Below are positions 10,279-21,033 of a stretch of DNA of 64,000 bases, in pieces. Positions within the stretch are counted from its first letter, which is position 1; the number at the start of each line of letters is the position of its first letter. The DNA is from an uncultured Acholeplasmataceae bacterium (lineage in GTDB: Bacteria > Bacillota_I > Bacilli_A > Acholeplasmatales > Acholeplasmataceae). The stretch covers positions 13,194 to 77,193 of the forward strand of contig CAKMKH010000060.1 of NCBI GenBank assembly GCA_927441705.1. The letters run 5' to 3'. The position numbers were made by a program, and so were the translations under genes. Under the pieces are notes generated by a model. That model ran no database searches. It was not told where the DNA came from and saw only the letters and a list, made by a program, of their open reading frames with translations.

Positions 10279-10318
10279 GAGTCTATCAAGTATCTTGATT
10301 GACTCTCCTTATTTTATA
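10279..10318 (+). terminator. terminator after the aldo/keto reductase gene
   Basis: GAGTCTATCAAG / CTTGATTGACTC hairpin with one mismatch, followed by a T-rich tail. Confidence 0.55.
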
Positions 10319-10335
10319 AAGACAAGAGGTTATCT

Positions 10336-11043
10336 ATGGGAACATTGATTAATGTAGCTGCAATTATTGTCGCGACTTTCGTAGGGATTATATTTAAAAA
10401 AGGACTATCCGAAAAAATACAAAAAGCCATAATGTTTACACTTGGTTTAGGGTTAGTAGCACTTGCTTTAGGATGGTTTATTAAAGATTTTCTTGTGATT
10501 GAAGATAATGTTATATCTACAAGAATGGATTTATTAATTATCATATCTTTAGTGATTGGTGTTATTATTGGTGAATGGATTGATATTGATCAAAGGTTAA
10601 CAAATCTTGCATATAAGATTGAAAAGAAATATAACCTCCCACCACTCGCAAAAGGATTTATAACAGCAACTTTAATTTTTTGTGTTGGAGCAATGGCTAT
10701 TACAGGTGCTATCCAAGATGGTCTTGGTTTAGGGATGACAACACTTTTAATTAAATCTACTCTAGACTTTATAACAGCAATGGTTTTAGCTTCATTTTTA
10801 GGGTTTGGAGTTATATTTTCGGCAATTAGTGTGTTATTTTATCAAGGTTCTATATTTTTGCTTGCTAGATATTTAAGTGAGTTTATGACTGATCATATGA
10901 TTGTTTCTATGTCGATGATTGGGAGCATCATACTGATAGGCATTGGCATTAATTTTATGGAGATCAAAAAAATTAAAGTAGCAAATCTTTTACCAGCCTT
11001 ACTCATACCAATTATTTATGAATTAATATTAATGCTATTTTAA
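10336..11043 (+). CDS. DUF554-family membrane protein (YdfK-like)
   Basis: The N-terminus MGTLINVAAIIVATFVG and the overall polytopic pattern resemble YdfK/DUF554. Confidence 0.65.
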   Translation: MGTLINVAAIIVATFVGIIFKKGLSEKIQKAIMFTLGLGLVALALGWFIKDFLVIEDNVISTRMDLLIIISLVIGVIIGEWIDIDQRLTNLAYKIEKKYNLPPLAKGFITATLIFCVGAMAITGAIQDGLGLGMTTLLIKSTLDFITAMVLASFLGFGVIFSAISVLFYQGSIFLLARYLSEFMTDHMIVSMSMIGSIILIGIGINFMEIKKIKVANLLPALLIPIIYELILMLF

Positions 11044-11057
11044 ACAAAGGAGTTTTT

Positions 11058-11708
11058 ATGGATATTTGCAAGATCTGTGGCTCGGAAAATATGATTAGTT
11101 ATAAGCATCCAAAATTCGACATGTTATTTCATGAATGCAAAGATTGTGAAGTTATTTATAAAGACGATGAAAATAGACTTTCTTTAATAGAAGAACTTCA
11201 TGTATATGATCAACATGAAAATTCAATTGAAAATGAAGGTTATGTAAATTTTTTATCTAATTTCATTGATAGTACACTTTTTTCTCGAATAAAAAGTGGA
11301 CATGTCCTAGATTTTGGAAGTGGACCAAAACCAGTTTTAAAGCAAATATTAGAGACAAAATATCAGTTTAAAGTAGATATCTATGATTACTTTTACGCCC
11401 CAAATGAAGATGTTTTTAAAATAAAATATGATGCGATTACTTCTTCCGAAGTGTTTGAGCATTTAGGAGATCCTAATCTTGTCTTAAATAAACTAAGTCA
11501 TAGTTTAAAAACAAATGGGATACTAGCAATCATGACACTTTTTCATCCGAATAATCAATTGAAGTTCTTTGATTGGTTTTATATAAGAGATCCAAGTCAT
11601 ATAATTTTTTATACACCTAAAACATTTGAAGTTTTAGCAAAAAAATATGGTTTTGAAGTTGTTGATACAAATAATTATAGATATATCACATTAAGGTATT
11701 GTAAATAA
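11058..11708 (+). CDS. class I SAM-dependent methyltransferase with N-terminal zinc ribbon
   Basis: CKICGS...CKDCE is a four-Cys ribbon. VLDFGSGPKP is a glycine-rich SAM motif I. Confidence 0.7.
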   Translation: MDICKICGSENMISYKHPKFDMLFHECKDCEVIYKDDENRLSLIEELHVYDQHENSIENEGYVNFLSNFIDSTLFSRIKSGHVLDFGSGPKPVLKQILETKYQFKVDIYDYFYAPNEDVFKIKYDAITSSEVFEHLGDPNLVLNKLSHSLKTNGILAIMTLFHPNNQLKFFDWFYIRDPSHIIFYTPKTFEVLAKKYGFEVVDTNNYRYITLRYCK

Positions 11709-11938
11709 CAAATTCAAATAATATGTCATTTGTAACGATGTCTAAATATATTGATAATTTTTTTTTAACATTCTTATTGCAGTTTTCATATAGTTACTCT
11801 CATCTCTAAATATATTCTTATTCCTAATATTAATAAAATATGACAATTAAGCTAAATAAATGTGTTTATCTTTCGTCCTTAATCATTTGTATTTGTGCTA
11901 TAATCTAGCTGACAAATACAAAAGAGGGTGAAATTCAT

Positions 11939-12871
11939 ATGTTTTTTTTCGAGAATTATACAGTACTAAATGTACTTGCTTTTCTTGTTATTTTGGCTGG
12001 ATTAGTTTTAATCAATGAAATCACAAGAAGAAGTAAAATTTTATCGGTTTTATTTTATATCTTTATACCAATTTTATTTACATTATTAATATGGGGTAAA
12101 CAAGAAAGCGAAAATCTTTCAGGTAATTGGTTTGCATGGGTAAAAACCTATAGTGCACTAGCTGGTGTTATTGGATTTATGGCAATTAGATACTTTAAAA
12201 AACTTCAAAATATCAAATGGGTATTGTTATTTCCTGGTCTTATTTTAAGCATTAATATCTTAGAGGCAGTATTTAGAGATTTTGAAGTTTTTTCAAAAAC
12301 TAATGTTGTTGAAAATGGATTGACTTTAATTGGTGGACCATGGAATATCATTAATGGTATTGCTGGTTTAATATTAATCATTACCATGACAAGTTGGGTA
12401 GGTATTAAAGTATCTAAAAATAAATCTAAGGACATGATTTGGGCTGATCAATTATGGTTTTGGGTGATAGCTTATGGAATATGGAACATGTCCTATGTTT
12501 ATAACTGTATTCCGGAAAGATCTTTTTATGCAGGAGTTTCACTTATTTTTGCATCTACCTTATTAGCATTTTTTAGTGCAAAAGGCGCTTGGTTACAACA
12601 TAGAGCACAAACGCTTGCACTTTGGGCAATGTTTACACTTACATTTCCAGCATATGCTAGTTTGAAATATTTTGATATCATATCAACCAATCAAGCAGCA
12701 CCTAAATACCTTTTATCTATATTAGCGTTAACAATTAATTTAGCAGTCTTAGCATTTGAAGTATATACAGTTGTTAAGACTAAGAAAAATCCATTTAAAG
12801 AAGATATATATTCGAATTTAGGTACATATAAAAAAGTGCTGGAATCGAATCAATTAGCATCTGAAATCTAA
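11939..12871 (+). CDS. polytopic membrane protein, unknown function
   Basis: 310 aa, about 8-9 TM segments, with GAGGGTG upstream. I recognise no family. Confidence 0.5.
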   Translation: MFFFENYTVLNVLAFLVILAGLVLINEITRRSKILSVLFYIFIPILFTLLIWGKQESENLSGNWFAWVKTYSALAGVIGFMAIRYFKKLQNIKWVLLFPGLILSINILEAVFRDFEVFSKTNVVENGLTLIGGPWNIINGIAGLILIITMTSWVGIKVSKNKSKDMIWADQLWFWVIAYGIWNMSYVYNCIPERSFYAGVSLIFASTLLAFFSAKGAWLQHRAQTLALWAMFTLTFPAYASLKYFDIISTNQAAPKYLLSILALTINLAVLAFEVYTVVKTKKNPFKEDIYSNLGTYKKVLESNQLASEI

Positions 12872-12908
12872 CTAAAAGTTATTCATAAACTACAATAATA
12901 TCTTTATC

Positions 12909-12930
12909 AAAAAAAAGGACTGTGTAGTCC
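12909..12930 (-). terminator. terminator for arcA
   Basis: On the minus strand, a GGACTACACAGTCC hairpin followed by a run of T (plus-strand A-run at 12909-12916). Confidence 0.55.
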
Positions 12931-12987
12931 ATGAAGATATTTAAAACTTCATTTCTTTACAGTCCCTTTATTTACCTATTTGAGATG

Positions 12988-14190
12988 TTATTCTCTAACC
13001 AATGGCATACTCATACATCTTGGACCGCCTCTGCCTCTAGACAATTCACTTGATGGAATGATAATAGTTTTAACACCGTGTTCTTGAAGTAATTTGTTTG
13101 TGATTGAATTTCTTTCATAGACAATAACCACACCTGGAGCAATTGCTAAAGCGTTAGCTCCATCGTTCCATTGTTCTCTATCTGAAGCAATTTTATCATC
13201 GCCTCCGCAAGGAATAACGGTGATTTTTGTTTTTAAATGGTATGAAAATAGTCTTTTTATAGAGTATTCTTTAGGAATAATCCTAATTCTATGTGGGACA
13301 CTGCTTCTATATATTTCATAAACGTTTAGTTTTCCCAAGAAGTCATGATGAATTAAAAATTTATCAACATCGACTTGTGTTAACACTGTATCTAAATGCA
13401 TAAAACTGCGTTTTTTAGGTAAATCGATTGCTAGAATTACTTCAGCATCTGTATTTTCAAATACATTTTTGGCAAATTTTTCAACACCATCTGGTTCAGA
13501 ACGTTCACTGATTCCAACAGCAATGATTTTATCTGTTAAGACTAAAATGTCGCCACCTTCAATTGAATAATCTTCATAACGATCATAAACTTTAGGTGTA
13601 TTTTTATAGACTGGATGATATTTGAAAATATACTCTCCATATATTGTTTCTCTTGCACGTGCTTTCTTATACATTTTATTTATAGACACATGATCATAAA
13701 CAGTAGAAAATGGATCCCTTGTAAAATATAGATTTGGCATTGGATCGGTAATAAATGGATAATCTCTAATATAGTCTTTTAATGAATGTTTTCTATACGT
13801 TTCAAAATCTGTTTTAACTATGCCTGACATTGTTGTAAGAATCATATCTCTAGTTGACATTTTATTTAGATAATTTGATAGTTTTTCTTTTGATTTATGG
13901 TGAATCAAATTCGATTCAGTAATAAATTGTTCGATGAATTGTTTCTTTAAAGTTGGTGTGCTTAAACTTTCTTCAACCAAATCAACTAAATAGACAACTT
14001 GAACACCTTGATCAATTAAAACTTTTGCTAAATAATCATGTTCTTCCTGAGCTTTCTTTAACCAAGGAATATCATCAAATAATAAATCATGTAACCATAT
14101 GGGTGTTAAATTTTCTAATTCATAGCCCGGCCTATGAAGACAAACCTTTTTTAAGGGAGCAACTTCAGAATATACGCTTAATTTTTTCAT
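12988..14190 (-). CDS. arcA: arginine deiminase
   Basis: MKKLSVYSEVAPLKKVCLHRP at the N-terminus and the C-terminal catalytic-Cys motif GGPRCMSMPL. True start is ATG 14190, with GGAGGT upstream. The track ORF extends 43 codons further with no support. Confidence 0.9.
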   Translation of the reverse strand: MKKLSVYSEVAPLKKVCLHRPGYELENLTPIWLHDLLFDDIPWLKKAQEEHDYLAKVLIDQGVQVVYLVDLVEESLSTPTLKKQFIEQFITESNLIHHKSKEKLSNYLNKMSTRDMILTTMSGIVKTDFETYRKHSLKDYIRDYPFITDPMPNLYFTRDPFSTVYDHVSINKMYKKARARETIYGEYIFKYHPVYKNTPKVYDRYEDYSIEGGDILVLTDKIIAVGISERSEPDGVEKFAKNVFENTDAEVILAIDLPKKRSFMHLDTVLTQVDVDKFLIHHDFLGKLNVYEIYRSSVPHRIRIIPKEYSIKRLFSYHLKTKITVIPCGGDDKIASDREQWNDGANALAIAPGVVIVYERNSITNKLLQEHGVKTIIIPSSELSRGRGGPRCMSMPLVRE

Positions 14191-14212
14191 GGGAACCTCC
14201 GTTTTCAAACAT

Positions 14213-14223
14213 ATTATAACACA
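14213..14223 (-). promoter_or_regulatory. extended -10 element for arcA
   Basis: Minus strand reads TGTGTTATAAT, about 25 nt upstream of the arcA start. Confidence 0.4.
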
Positions 14224-14288
14224 AAAATTGTATACATTATTTTCAATCATGTATAATAGAAATATAGATTTTAAAAGTTGGTGAAAAA

Positions 14289-15155
14289 ATGAGCAAAATT
14301 GCAATTGTGACAGGAGCAACTTCAGGTATAGGGAGAAGTTTAGTTTTAACTTTATTAAAAAATGATGTTGTAGTTATTGGTATCGGTCGTTCAGATGATA
14401 AGATAAATCAGCTTATAGATGATGCAAAAGATTTTTATGATCAACATAAGTTATTTATCGTTAAAGGTGATTTAAGTTATCATAAGGCGATAGAAGAACT
14501 ATCTGAATCGATTATTGATGTCTTGCAGACAAACGATTTTAAAATTGATTATTTATGCCATGTTGCAGGTAGAGTCACATCAGGATACCATGTCAGTAAA
14601 GATTATCATGAGTTAACATTTCAGGTTAATCATTTAGCTGTAGTTGATTTAACTTATCAATTATTGCCATATATGAATGTTTCACTAAAATCTAGAATAT
14701 TAGTTGTAAGTTCTCAATCTCATTTTAGAGCTAATATTAATTTTAACGATCTTGAAACAAAGACTTACTATACAATTCTTAGATCATACAAAAGATCGAA
14801 GTTATATAACGTATTATTTGTGAAAGCTTTTAGTAAAAAATATTCAGAAATTCCGATATATGCGATTGATCCAGCATTGGTCAAGACTGATATTGGACAA
14901 AAAAACACATCAAAAATAGCAAGTTTTGTATGGAATATGAGATCTAAAAAGGGTGTTAATCCTGCAGTTCCAGCTAGACACATGTTAGATGTTATTAAGG
15001 ATGATGTATTTAACGAGTTATCAGGAAGTTATATAAAATTTGGGAAACCTATAACATCTAATCCATTAACATATCAAGATGAAATTATTGAAAGATTATG
15101 GAAAGTATCACTAGATATGTTAGAGATAAAAGATTTTTTCAATAAAAAAAGCTAG
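14289..15155 (+). CDS. short-chain dehydrogenase/reductase (SDR)
   Basis: TGATSGIG cofactor motif and a YxxxK-type YKRSK. Confidence 0.85.
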   Translation: MSKIAIVTGATSGIGRSLVLTLLKNDVVVIGIGRSDDKINQLIDDAKDFYDQHKLFIVKGDLSYHKAIEELSESIIDVLQTNDFKIDYLCHVAGRVTSGYHVSKDYHELTFQVNHLAVVDLTYQLLPYMNVSLKSRILVVSSQSHFRANINFNDLETKTYYTILRSYKRSKLYNVLFVKAFSKKYSEIPIYAIDPALVKTDIGQKNTSKIASFVWNMRSKKGVNPAVPARHMLDVIKDDVFNELSGSYIKFGKPITSNPLTYQDEIIERLWKVSLDMLEIKDFFNKKS

Positions 15156-15182
15156 AATTTAAAACTCTAACTTTTTCATGAG

Positions 15183-15428
15183 TTATAAAGTTTTGTGTGT
15201 ACCATCACAGAATGGTTGATTCTTAGAATGTTTACACCCACATAAGTAGTAGGTTCCATCTTTTTCTACTGAAAAATGTTTTGGTGTTAAACCTGTACCT
15301 TTGTGACTAGATAAATCGCAAAATGGTTGGTCTTTACTTTTTCCGCAAGTGCAAAACATATATTTTTTGCCTGCTTCTAACTCAACTGGATATGGCTGTT
15401 TTTGTGCTATAACTGGTTTATCCATCAT
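15183..15428 (-). CDS. CDGSH iron-sulfur domain protein (two motifs)
   Basis: CGCKHSKNQPFCDGTH is a canonical CDGSH motif. CTCGKSKDQPFCDLSSH is a variant with one extra residue. Confidence 0.85.
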   Translation of the reverse strand: MMDKPVIAQKQPYPVELEAGKKYMFCTCGKSKDQPFCDLSSHKGTGLTPKHFSVEKDGTYYLCGCKHSKNQPFCDGTHKTL

Positions 15429-15509
15429 AACACCTCCTATAGTTTCATTATATATTAATTATATAAATAAGCAAAATTGTTTTTAAAGAAAAACGAAATG
15501 GGGAAAATC

Positions 15510-16607
15510 ATGAAAAAAATCTTAAAGATTACAGTGATTACATTAACGGTAGTTATCGCTCTTTTTTTAATGATTGTATTAAGACTTTATATGGTTAGGA
15601 GCTATGATTTATCTCTTCAAAAAAGACATATAAGCTCACTTAACGATTATTATGATGAGAATTATGAGCAGATAGAAGAAAATGTTTTTCTTGATTTTGA
15701 TATATATAATAATGATTTAGCATTAAATGAAATCCAAATATTAGCTTCTCATAATAGTTACAAGAAAAAGGGTCCTGCTATAGGCAAGTTTTTTATTGGT
15801 CTTGGAGATTCTTTTGCAGAAGCTAATGCTTTAAAGTATGGATATAAAAACATTACAGAGCAATTAGAGTTAGGTATTAGAAGTTTTGAGTTTGATTTAA
15901 GATATCGAAAAGATACGTTTGAGTTGACTCATGTGCCATTAGTTGATCCTTCCAGTCAAGCTGTTAATTTCGAATTATTATTGGAAGAAATTATGCTTTA
16001 TTCAACACATCAAGAAAATCACATTCCGATTATTATTTTGGTTGAGATTAAAGATGATTGGATGATGCTAGACCCGATGCTGAAAAATATTGAAAAAGAT
16101 CAGCTTTCATTGCTAGATCAATTACTTAAAGATAAATTAAAAGATAGATTATTTTCACCATCTGATATGATTACCGAAAATGAGATTTTAAAAGATAAGA
16201 TTATGAGTGAAGGTTGGCCTTCATTAACAGAAGTTTTGAATAAAATAATTTTTGTTTTACATCCAGGAAGTTTTGAACAAACATATTATGACATCGATCA
16301 GAGTTTACAATCACAAGCAATGTTTATAGGTAGTAGACATCAAGAAGAATATGCTAATTATGCATCATTTTTTGTTCAAAATGATGTAGATATGAATATC
16401 ATTTCTGAACTTGTTGAAAATAACTTTATAGTAAGAACCAGAATTGATTCAAATCTAATTTTTTCTCAAGATAGATATCAAGATGCAATCAATAGCGGTG
16501 CACAAATACTAACAACAGATTTTTCTATAGGTAGAAGCGATTTAGATTTAGTTGATGTAATCTATTTGAATAAAGATAAAATGATTGTCCAAAAAGTTAA
16601 TTCCTAA
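15510..16607 (+). CDS. membrane-anchored PLC-like phosphodiesterase (PI-PLC X-domain-like)
   Basis: N-terminal TM helix, then LASHNSYKK and FEFDL motifs like Ca-dependent PI-PLC-like proteins. I prefer ATG 15510 (a GGGGA box lies 5 nt upstream). Confidence 0.55.
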   Translation: MKKILKITVITLTVVIALFLMIVLRLYMVRSYDLSLQKRHISSLNDYYDENYEQIEENVFLDFDIYNNDLALNEIQILASHNSYKKKGPAIGKFFIGLGDSFAEANALKYGYKNITEQLELGIRSFEFDLRYRKDTFELTHVPLVDPSSQAVNFELLLEEIMLYSTHQENHIPIIILVEIKDDWMMLDPMLKNIEKDQLSLLDQLLKDKLKDRLFSPSDMITENEILKDKIMSEGWPSLTEVLNKIIFVLHPGSFEQTYYDIDQSLQSQAMFIGSRHQEEYANYASFFVQNDVDMNIISELVENNFIVRTRIDSNLIFSQDRYQDAINSGAQILTTDFSIGRSDLDLVDVIYLNKDKMIVQKVNS

Positions 16608-16676
16608 ATATAGAGTTGCTAAAAAAAATGATTCGTGTATAATAGTATTACACTCTAAAAATTTACGGGAGGTAAT

Positions 16677-17198
16677 ATGATGATTACCGAGAAAACAGAA
16701 GCGGAACGTTTAGCATTATTGAAAAGCTATCAAGATGCAGAGGATAAACTTAAAGAACGTGGCGTTAATCTTATTGACATTGCAGAAATTACATACGATC
16801 TACAAAAAAAATATATTCCTGATTTAACCATTGAATATTGTTTAAATCATGTTGAAAAAGTTCTTAAGAAAAGAGAAGTTCAGCATGCGGTTATTACAGG
16901 CATTGAATTAGATGTTTTGGCTGAAAAAGGATTAATTTCTGAACCATTAGCAAGTATGCTATTAAATGATTATGGTTTATATGGTATCGATGAAATCATG
17001 GCATTATCAATTGTCAATGTTTATGGATCTATTGGATTTACAAACTTTGGCTATGTAGATAAATTAAAACCAGGTATTATTGGTAAATTAGATGAAGAGG
17101 GTAAAGCAAAAGATAAATGTAATACCTTTTTAGATGATATTGTTGGAGCGATGGCTGCAGCGGCAGCAAGCTCAATTGCACATAGATTCTCAAAATAA
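16677..17198 (+). CDS. PgpA-family protein (YutG-like phosphatidylglycerophosphatase A homologue)
   Basis: YGSIGFTNFGYVDKLKPGI and TFLDDIVGAMAAAAASSIAH match my recollection of B. subtilis YutG. Confidence 0.65.
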   Translation: MMITEKTEAERLALLKSYQDAEDKLKERGVNLIDIAEITYDLQKKYIPDLTIEYCLNHVEKVLKKREVQHAVITGIELDVLAEKGLISEPLASMLLNDYGLYGIDEIMALSIVNVYGSIGFTNFGYVDKLKPGIIGKLDEEGKAKDKCNTFLDDIVGAMAAAAASSIAHRFSK

Positions 17199-17220
17199 AG
17201 GCTTAGGCCTTTTTTTGTTT
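17196..17220 (+). terminator. weak terminator after the pgpA-like gene
   Basis: AAAGGC / GCCTTT stem followed by T-rich sequence. Confidence 0.45.
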
Positions 17221-17281
17221 TTTCTTGGTCTTAAAATAATTTAGGGTATAATATAATTATATTATAAAACTGGGGTCATAT

Positions 17282-19654
17282 ATGAAGCACTCTCAAAATT
17301 TTCAAAAAGTCATCTTAAAAATCGCAACCGAACTTATAAATATTAATATTGATGAGTTTGATAGAAAGATCAATGAAGCATTGGCTTTAGTTGGCTCTTT
17401 TCTTGATGTTGATAGAGTTTATGTATTTGAGTATAATCATGAAAAGAAAGTTACGAATAATACATTTGAATGGACACATGAAGGTGTATCTAAACAAATT
17501 GATCGCTTACAAAACATGAGTATGGATTTACTTTATCAATTACTTGTTAAACCACATTTAGAAGGAAAACCAGCAATAATTGAAAACATTTCTTCATTAA
17601 ACAAGGAAAATGGTGTTTATGATATATTAATATCTCAAGATATAAAATCTATGACGACCTTACCGCTTATTTCAAATAATACATGTTTGGGATTCGTAGG
17701 CTTTGATGATGTTAGACAAGAAAGAACTTGGAATCAAGTTGAAATGGATTTATTAAAAGTATTATCAGAAGTCATTACAAATGCTATTTTAAAGCAAGAT
17801 CATCAAAAGAAGCTAGTAGAGCTTAAAGAAAATGCTGATGAAGCAAGTTTAGAAAAAAATCAATTTTTAGCTAAAATCAGTCATGAGTTTAGAACACCAC
17901 TTCATGGAATCACAAACGCATTATATTTATTAGAGTCAACTAGTTTAAATAAAGAGCAAAAAGAATATTTTGATATTGCGGAATTTTCGACTAAATCATT
18001 GATGAGTATGATCAATGAAATATTAGATATATCAAGAATTGAAAGCGGAGAAATTGAAGTATTTGAAGATATTTTTGATTTAGAAAACGAACTCGTAAAT
18101 ATCATATTATCTGAACAAAGCTATGCGATTGAAAAAGGTTTAGTTCTTGAATTGGATTATGATTATCGTATTAAATATCACTTAGTGGGTGACTATCCAA
18201 AGTTAAGACAAATTATTTTGAACTTATTGAATAATGCAATTAAATATACCAGCGAGGGACACATCAAAATCGTTGTAAAGCTTGTTAAAGAAGATGAAGA
18301 AAATGTCAAATTAAAATTCCAGATTGCAGATAGTGGCATTGGGATTAACCATGAATATTTAGATAAAATATTTGATAAATTTTATCAAATAGATAGCGGA
18401 GACTCAAGAAAATATGAGGGTACTGGTTTAGGTCTATCCATTGTAAAACAATTGTTAGAAAAACTTGAATCCAAAATTACTGTTGAAAGCAAAAAAAATG
18501 AAGGATCTACATTTACATTCAATTTATCCTTTAAGAAACAAAGATCATATGATTTTGAAGCTGTAAAAGGATTGCATGTTTTAATTGCTGATCAAAATCT
18601 GCATACAAAACGATTACAATTAATGCTTGAATCTATGGATATGCAAGTCGATACAGAAGTATCAGAAAATAAGCGTATATATGATATGATTGTTTTTAAT
18701 GAAGATAAATCATTTGAAATGTTGAGCTTTTACAAAAATAGTTTTACACATACAAAATCAATGATAGTTGCTATGGGTGATATTGAACATATTCATCATA
18801 AAGATGTTGATGTTTATTTTAACGAAATGATTTCTAGAAAAAATATTTGTCATAAAATCATATCAAATATTCAAGAAAAGAAAGAACATGCAGAAGACTT
18901 ATATCATAAAGCTTTATCAGGCTATGCATTAATTGTGGATGATAATAGATTAAATAGAATTGCGCTTGAAAACATTTTGAAGAAACAAGGATTAAAATCA
19001 AAGCTTGTAGATAGTGGTGCAAAAGCTATTGAAGCTGCTAAAAATGAAAGATTTGATATCGTATTAATGGATATTCAAATGCCTGAAATGGATGGTATAG
19101 AAGCATCTAAACTAATTAGAGCTCTAGGGCCACAATATCATTATCTACCAATTATTGCTGTTACTGCTAATGCCTTTTTAAACGATTATGATTTGATGAA
19201 ACATGCACAAATGGACGACGTCTTATTTAAACCTATTCATATTGAAGCATTAGAAAGAATTTTAAGAAAACATCTTTCACATCACAAACAAATATTTGTG
19301 CCTGCTGTTCATGTGATTTTTGATCAAAAAGACTATGAATATCGTTTTGATGAAAGTTATGAAATCTCAAAAATTGTGATAAAAACCTTCATTGAGACTT
19401 ACGAAAACGATTTAAATTCGATTAAAGAAGCAATAGAATCCAATCACCCTAAAACAATAAAAGAAGCACTTCATTATTTTAAGGGATCATGTTCGTATTT
19501 AAGTGGTAAAAGAACTACATGGCTTTTAACAAAAATGATGGAGATGTGCGAGCAAAATCATAAAGAGGCACTTTTAAGTGCGTTTCAAGTACTTGATTAT
19601 GAAGTTGGAAAACTAGTTCTACAATTGAAAAAATATTTAGAAACATTAACATAG
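17282..19654 (+). CDS. hybrid sensor histidine kinase (GAF - HisKA - HATPase - REC - Hpt)
   Basis: H-box [12 protein letters not shown] boxes [15 protein letters not shown] and GTGLGLSI. Receiver motifs LIVDDN...[14 protein letters not shown]...KP. The C-terminal four-helix region carries HYFKGS (Hpt His). Confidence 0.9.
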   Translation: MKHSQNFQKVILKIATELININIDEFDRKINEALALVGSFLDVDRVYVFEYNHEKKVTNNTFEWTHEGVSKQIDRLQNMSMDLLYQLLVKPHLEGKPAIIENISSLNKENGVYDILISQDIKSMTTLPLISNNTCLGFVGFDDVRQERTWNQVEMDLLKVLSEVITNAILKQDHQKKLVELKENADEASLEKNQFLAKISHEFRTPLHGITNALYLLESTSLNKEQKEYFDIAEFSTKSLMSMINEILDISRIESGEIEVFEDIFDLENELVNIILSEQSYAIEKGLVLELDYDYRIKYHLVGDYPKLRQIILNLLNNAIKYTSEGHIKIVVKLVKEDEENVKLKFQIADSGIGINHEYLDKIFDKFYQIDSGDSRKYEGTGLGLSIVKQLLEKLESKITVESKKNEGSTFTFNLSFKKQRSYDFEAVKGLHVLIADQNLHTKRLQLMLESMDMQVDTEVSENKRIYDMIVFNEDKSFEMLSFYKNSFTHTKSMIVAMGDIEHIHHKDVDVYFNEMISRKNICHKIISNIQEKKEHAEDLYHKALSGYALIVDDNRLNRIALENILKKQGLKSKLVDSGAKAIEAAKNERFDIVLMDIQMPEMDGIEASKLIRALGPQYHYLPIIAVTANAFLNDYDLMKHAQMDDVLFKPIHIEALERILRKHLSHHKQIFVPAVHVIFDQKDYEYRFDESYEISKIVIKTFIETYENDLNSIKEAIESNHPKTIKEALHYFKGSCSYLSGKRTTWLLTKMMEMCEQNHKEALLSAFQVLDYEVGKLVLQLKKYLETLT

Positions 19655-19664
19655 GAGCAAATAT

Positions 19665-20111
19665 ATGAAAAATAAAGATGATTTAAAGAAAAAGCTAACG
19701 CCGTTACAATATCACGTCACTCAAGAACAAGGCACTGAAAGACCTTTTGAAAACGAGTTTTGGGAATCACATGATGAAGGTATCTATGTTGATATAGTAT
19801 CTGGCGAACCATTGTTTTCTAGTTTAGACAAATTTGATAGTAGTTGTGGTTGGCCAAGTTTTGCTAAACCACTTTCATCTGTTGAGACAAAAATGGATAA
19901 AAGCTTTGGTATGATAAGAACAGAAGTTAGAAGCAAGGAAGCAGATAGTCATTTAGGGCATTTATTTACTGATGGACCAATTGAATTAGGTGGATATCGC
20001 TATTGCATTAATTCGGCATCTTTAAGATTTATCCCTAAAAAGGATTTAAAAAAAGAAGGTTATGAAGAATATTTAAAATTATTTTCTAAGGATGAGCATG
20101 AAAAATTATGA
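19665..20111 (+). CDS. msrB: peptide-methionine (R)-S-oxide reductase
   Basis: [21 protein letters not shown] and [11 protein letters not shown] motifs. Confidence 0.93.
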   Translation: MKNKDDLKKKLTPLQYHVTQEQGTERPFENEFWESHDEGIYVDIVSGEPLFSSLDKFDSSCGWPSFAKPLSSVETKMDKSFGMIRTEVRSKEADSHLGHLFTDGPIELGGYRYCINSASLRFIPKKDLKKEGYEEYLKLFSKDEHEKL

Positions 20112-21033
20112 CATTGATAAAGAACTTAAATTTTTAAAACCACTGAGATATAAAAAATACTCTCCAACAAGAAGAGTATTAATTAATCTCATTTTTAACA
20201 TGAGTATGATTTTTAGTAAGCCAAACAAACATATTGAGATGAAAAAATATATTATTAAAGGCTATCAAAACCACAAAATTAAAATTTATGTTCTTAGACA
20301 TAAAAAATCAATACCAAATAAAAAAGGACTATTATACTTACACGGGGGTGGTTTTCAAATTGAAGGGACACCCGTTCATATCAATATGATTTCAAACATC
20401 ATTAGTGATTCTGGACATACAGCTGTTTATGTAAAATATAGACTTGCGCCTAAATATCCTTTTCCTATTGGATTAGAAGATTGTTATCAAACATATTTAT
20501 GGATGATTAAGTCCCAAAATTTTTTGAATATAGACCAAAAACATATTTCAGTTGCTGGTGATAGTGCTGGTGGGAATTTAGCAGTCGGAGTTGCATTATT
20601 AGCAAGAGACAGGCTAGGTCATCAACTAGATAGGATGTTGTTGTTTTATCCGGTTGTCGATCAAAGACAAATTACGCCTTCAATGAAAGAGTTTGATGAT
20701 ACACCTGTGTGGAATTCAGTTTTAAATAAGAGTATGTGGGAAATTTATTTGAGTCATGGAGATTTTGGTATGTTAAATTTTACATCACTACTATTAGGGG
20801 ATTTAACTAGATTACCAAAAACATATATAGAAACTGCAGAATTTGATTGCCTGCGTGATGAAGGTATTTGGTTAGCTGAAAAATTAAAGTCGTTAAATAT
20901 CGAAGTCATTGAAAGACACACAAAAAAATCAGTACACGGATATGATGCGGTATTCTTTAGTGATTTTATTAAAGAAAGAATTATTGATAGAAGTAGTTTT
21001 CTAAAAGGAGAATTAAAACATGAAGAAAATTGA
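20092..21033 (+). CDS. alpha/beta hydrolase, HSL-type esterase/lipase
   Basis: Oxyanion motif HGGGF and nucleophile elbow GDSAGGNL. Overlaps msrB by 20 nt (an alternative start is ATG 20098). Confidence 0.8.
   Translation: MSMKNYDIDKELKFLKPLRYKKYSPTRRVLINLIFNMSMIFSKPNKHIEMKKYIIKGYQNHKIKIYVLRHKKSIPNKKGLLYLHGGGFQIEGTPVHINMISNIISDSGHTAVYVKYRLAPKYPFPIGLEDCYQTYLWMIKSQNFLNIDQKHISVAGDSAGGNLAVGVALLARDRLGHQLDRMLLFYPVVDQRQITPSMKEFDDTPVWNSVLNKSMWEIYLSHGDFGMLNFTSLLLGDLTRLPKTYIETAEFDCLRDEGIWLAEKLKSLNIEVIERHTKKSVHGYDAVFFSDFIKERIIDRSSFLKGELKHEEN

Noticed and set aside
11724-11807. A 27-codon ORF (MSFVTMSKYIDNFFLTFLLQFSYSYSHL) in the long spacer upstream of 11939.
   Set aside because: It has no Shine-Dalgarno sequence and no recognisable family, and such ORFs are expected by chance in AT-rich spacers. 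The same applies to a 16-codon ORF at 29116.
14191-14319. A 43-codon N-terminal extension of the arcA ORF in the track (MLLSQLQFCSFF...).
   Set aside because: The conserved ArcA N-terminus begins at MKKLSVYSEV, which has a GGAGGT box upstream. The extension would overlap the divergent SDR gene start and its promoter.
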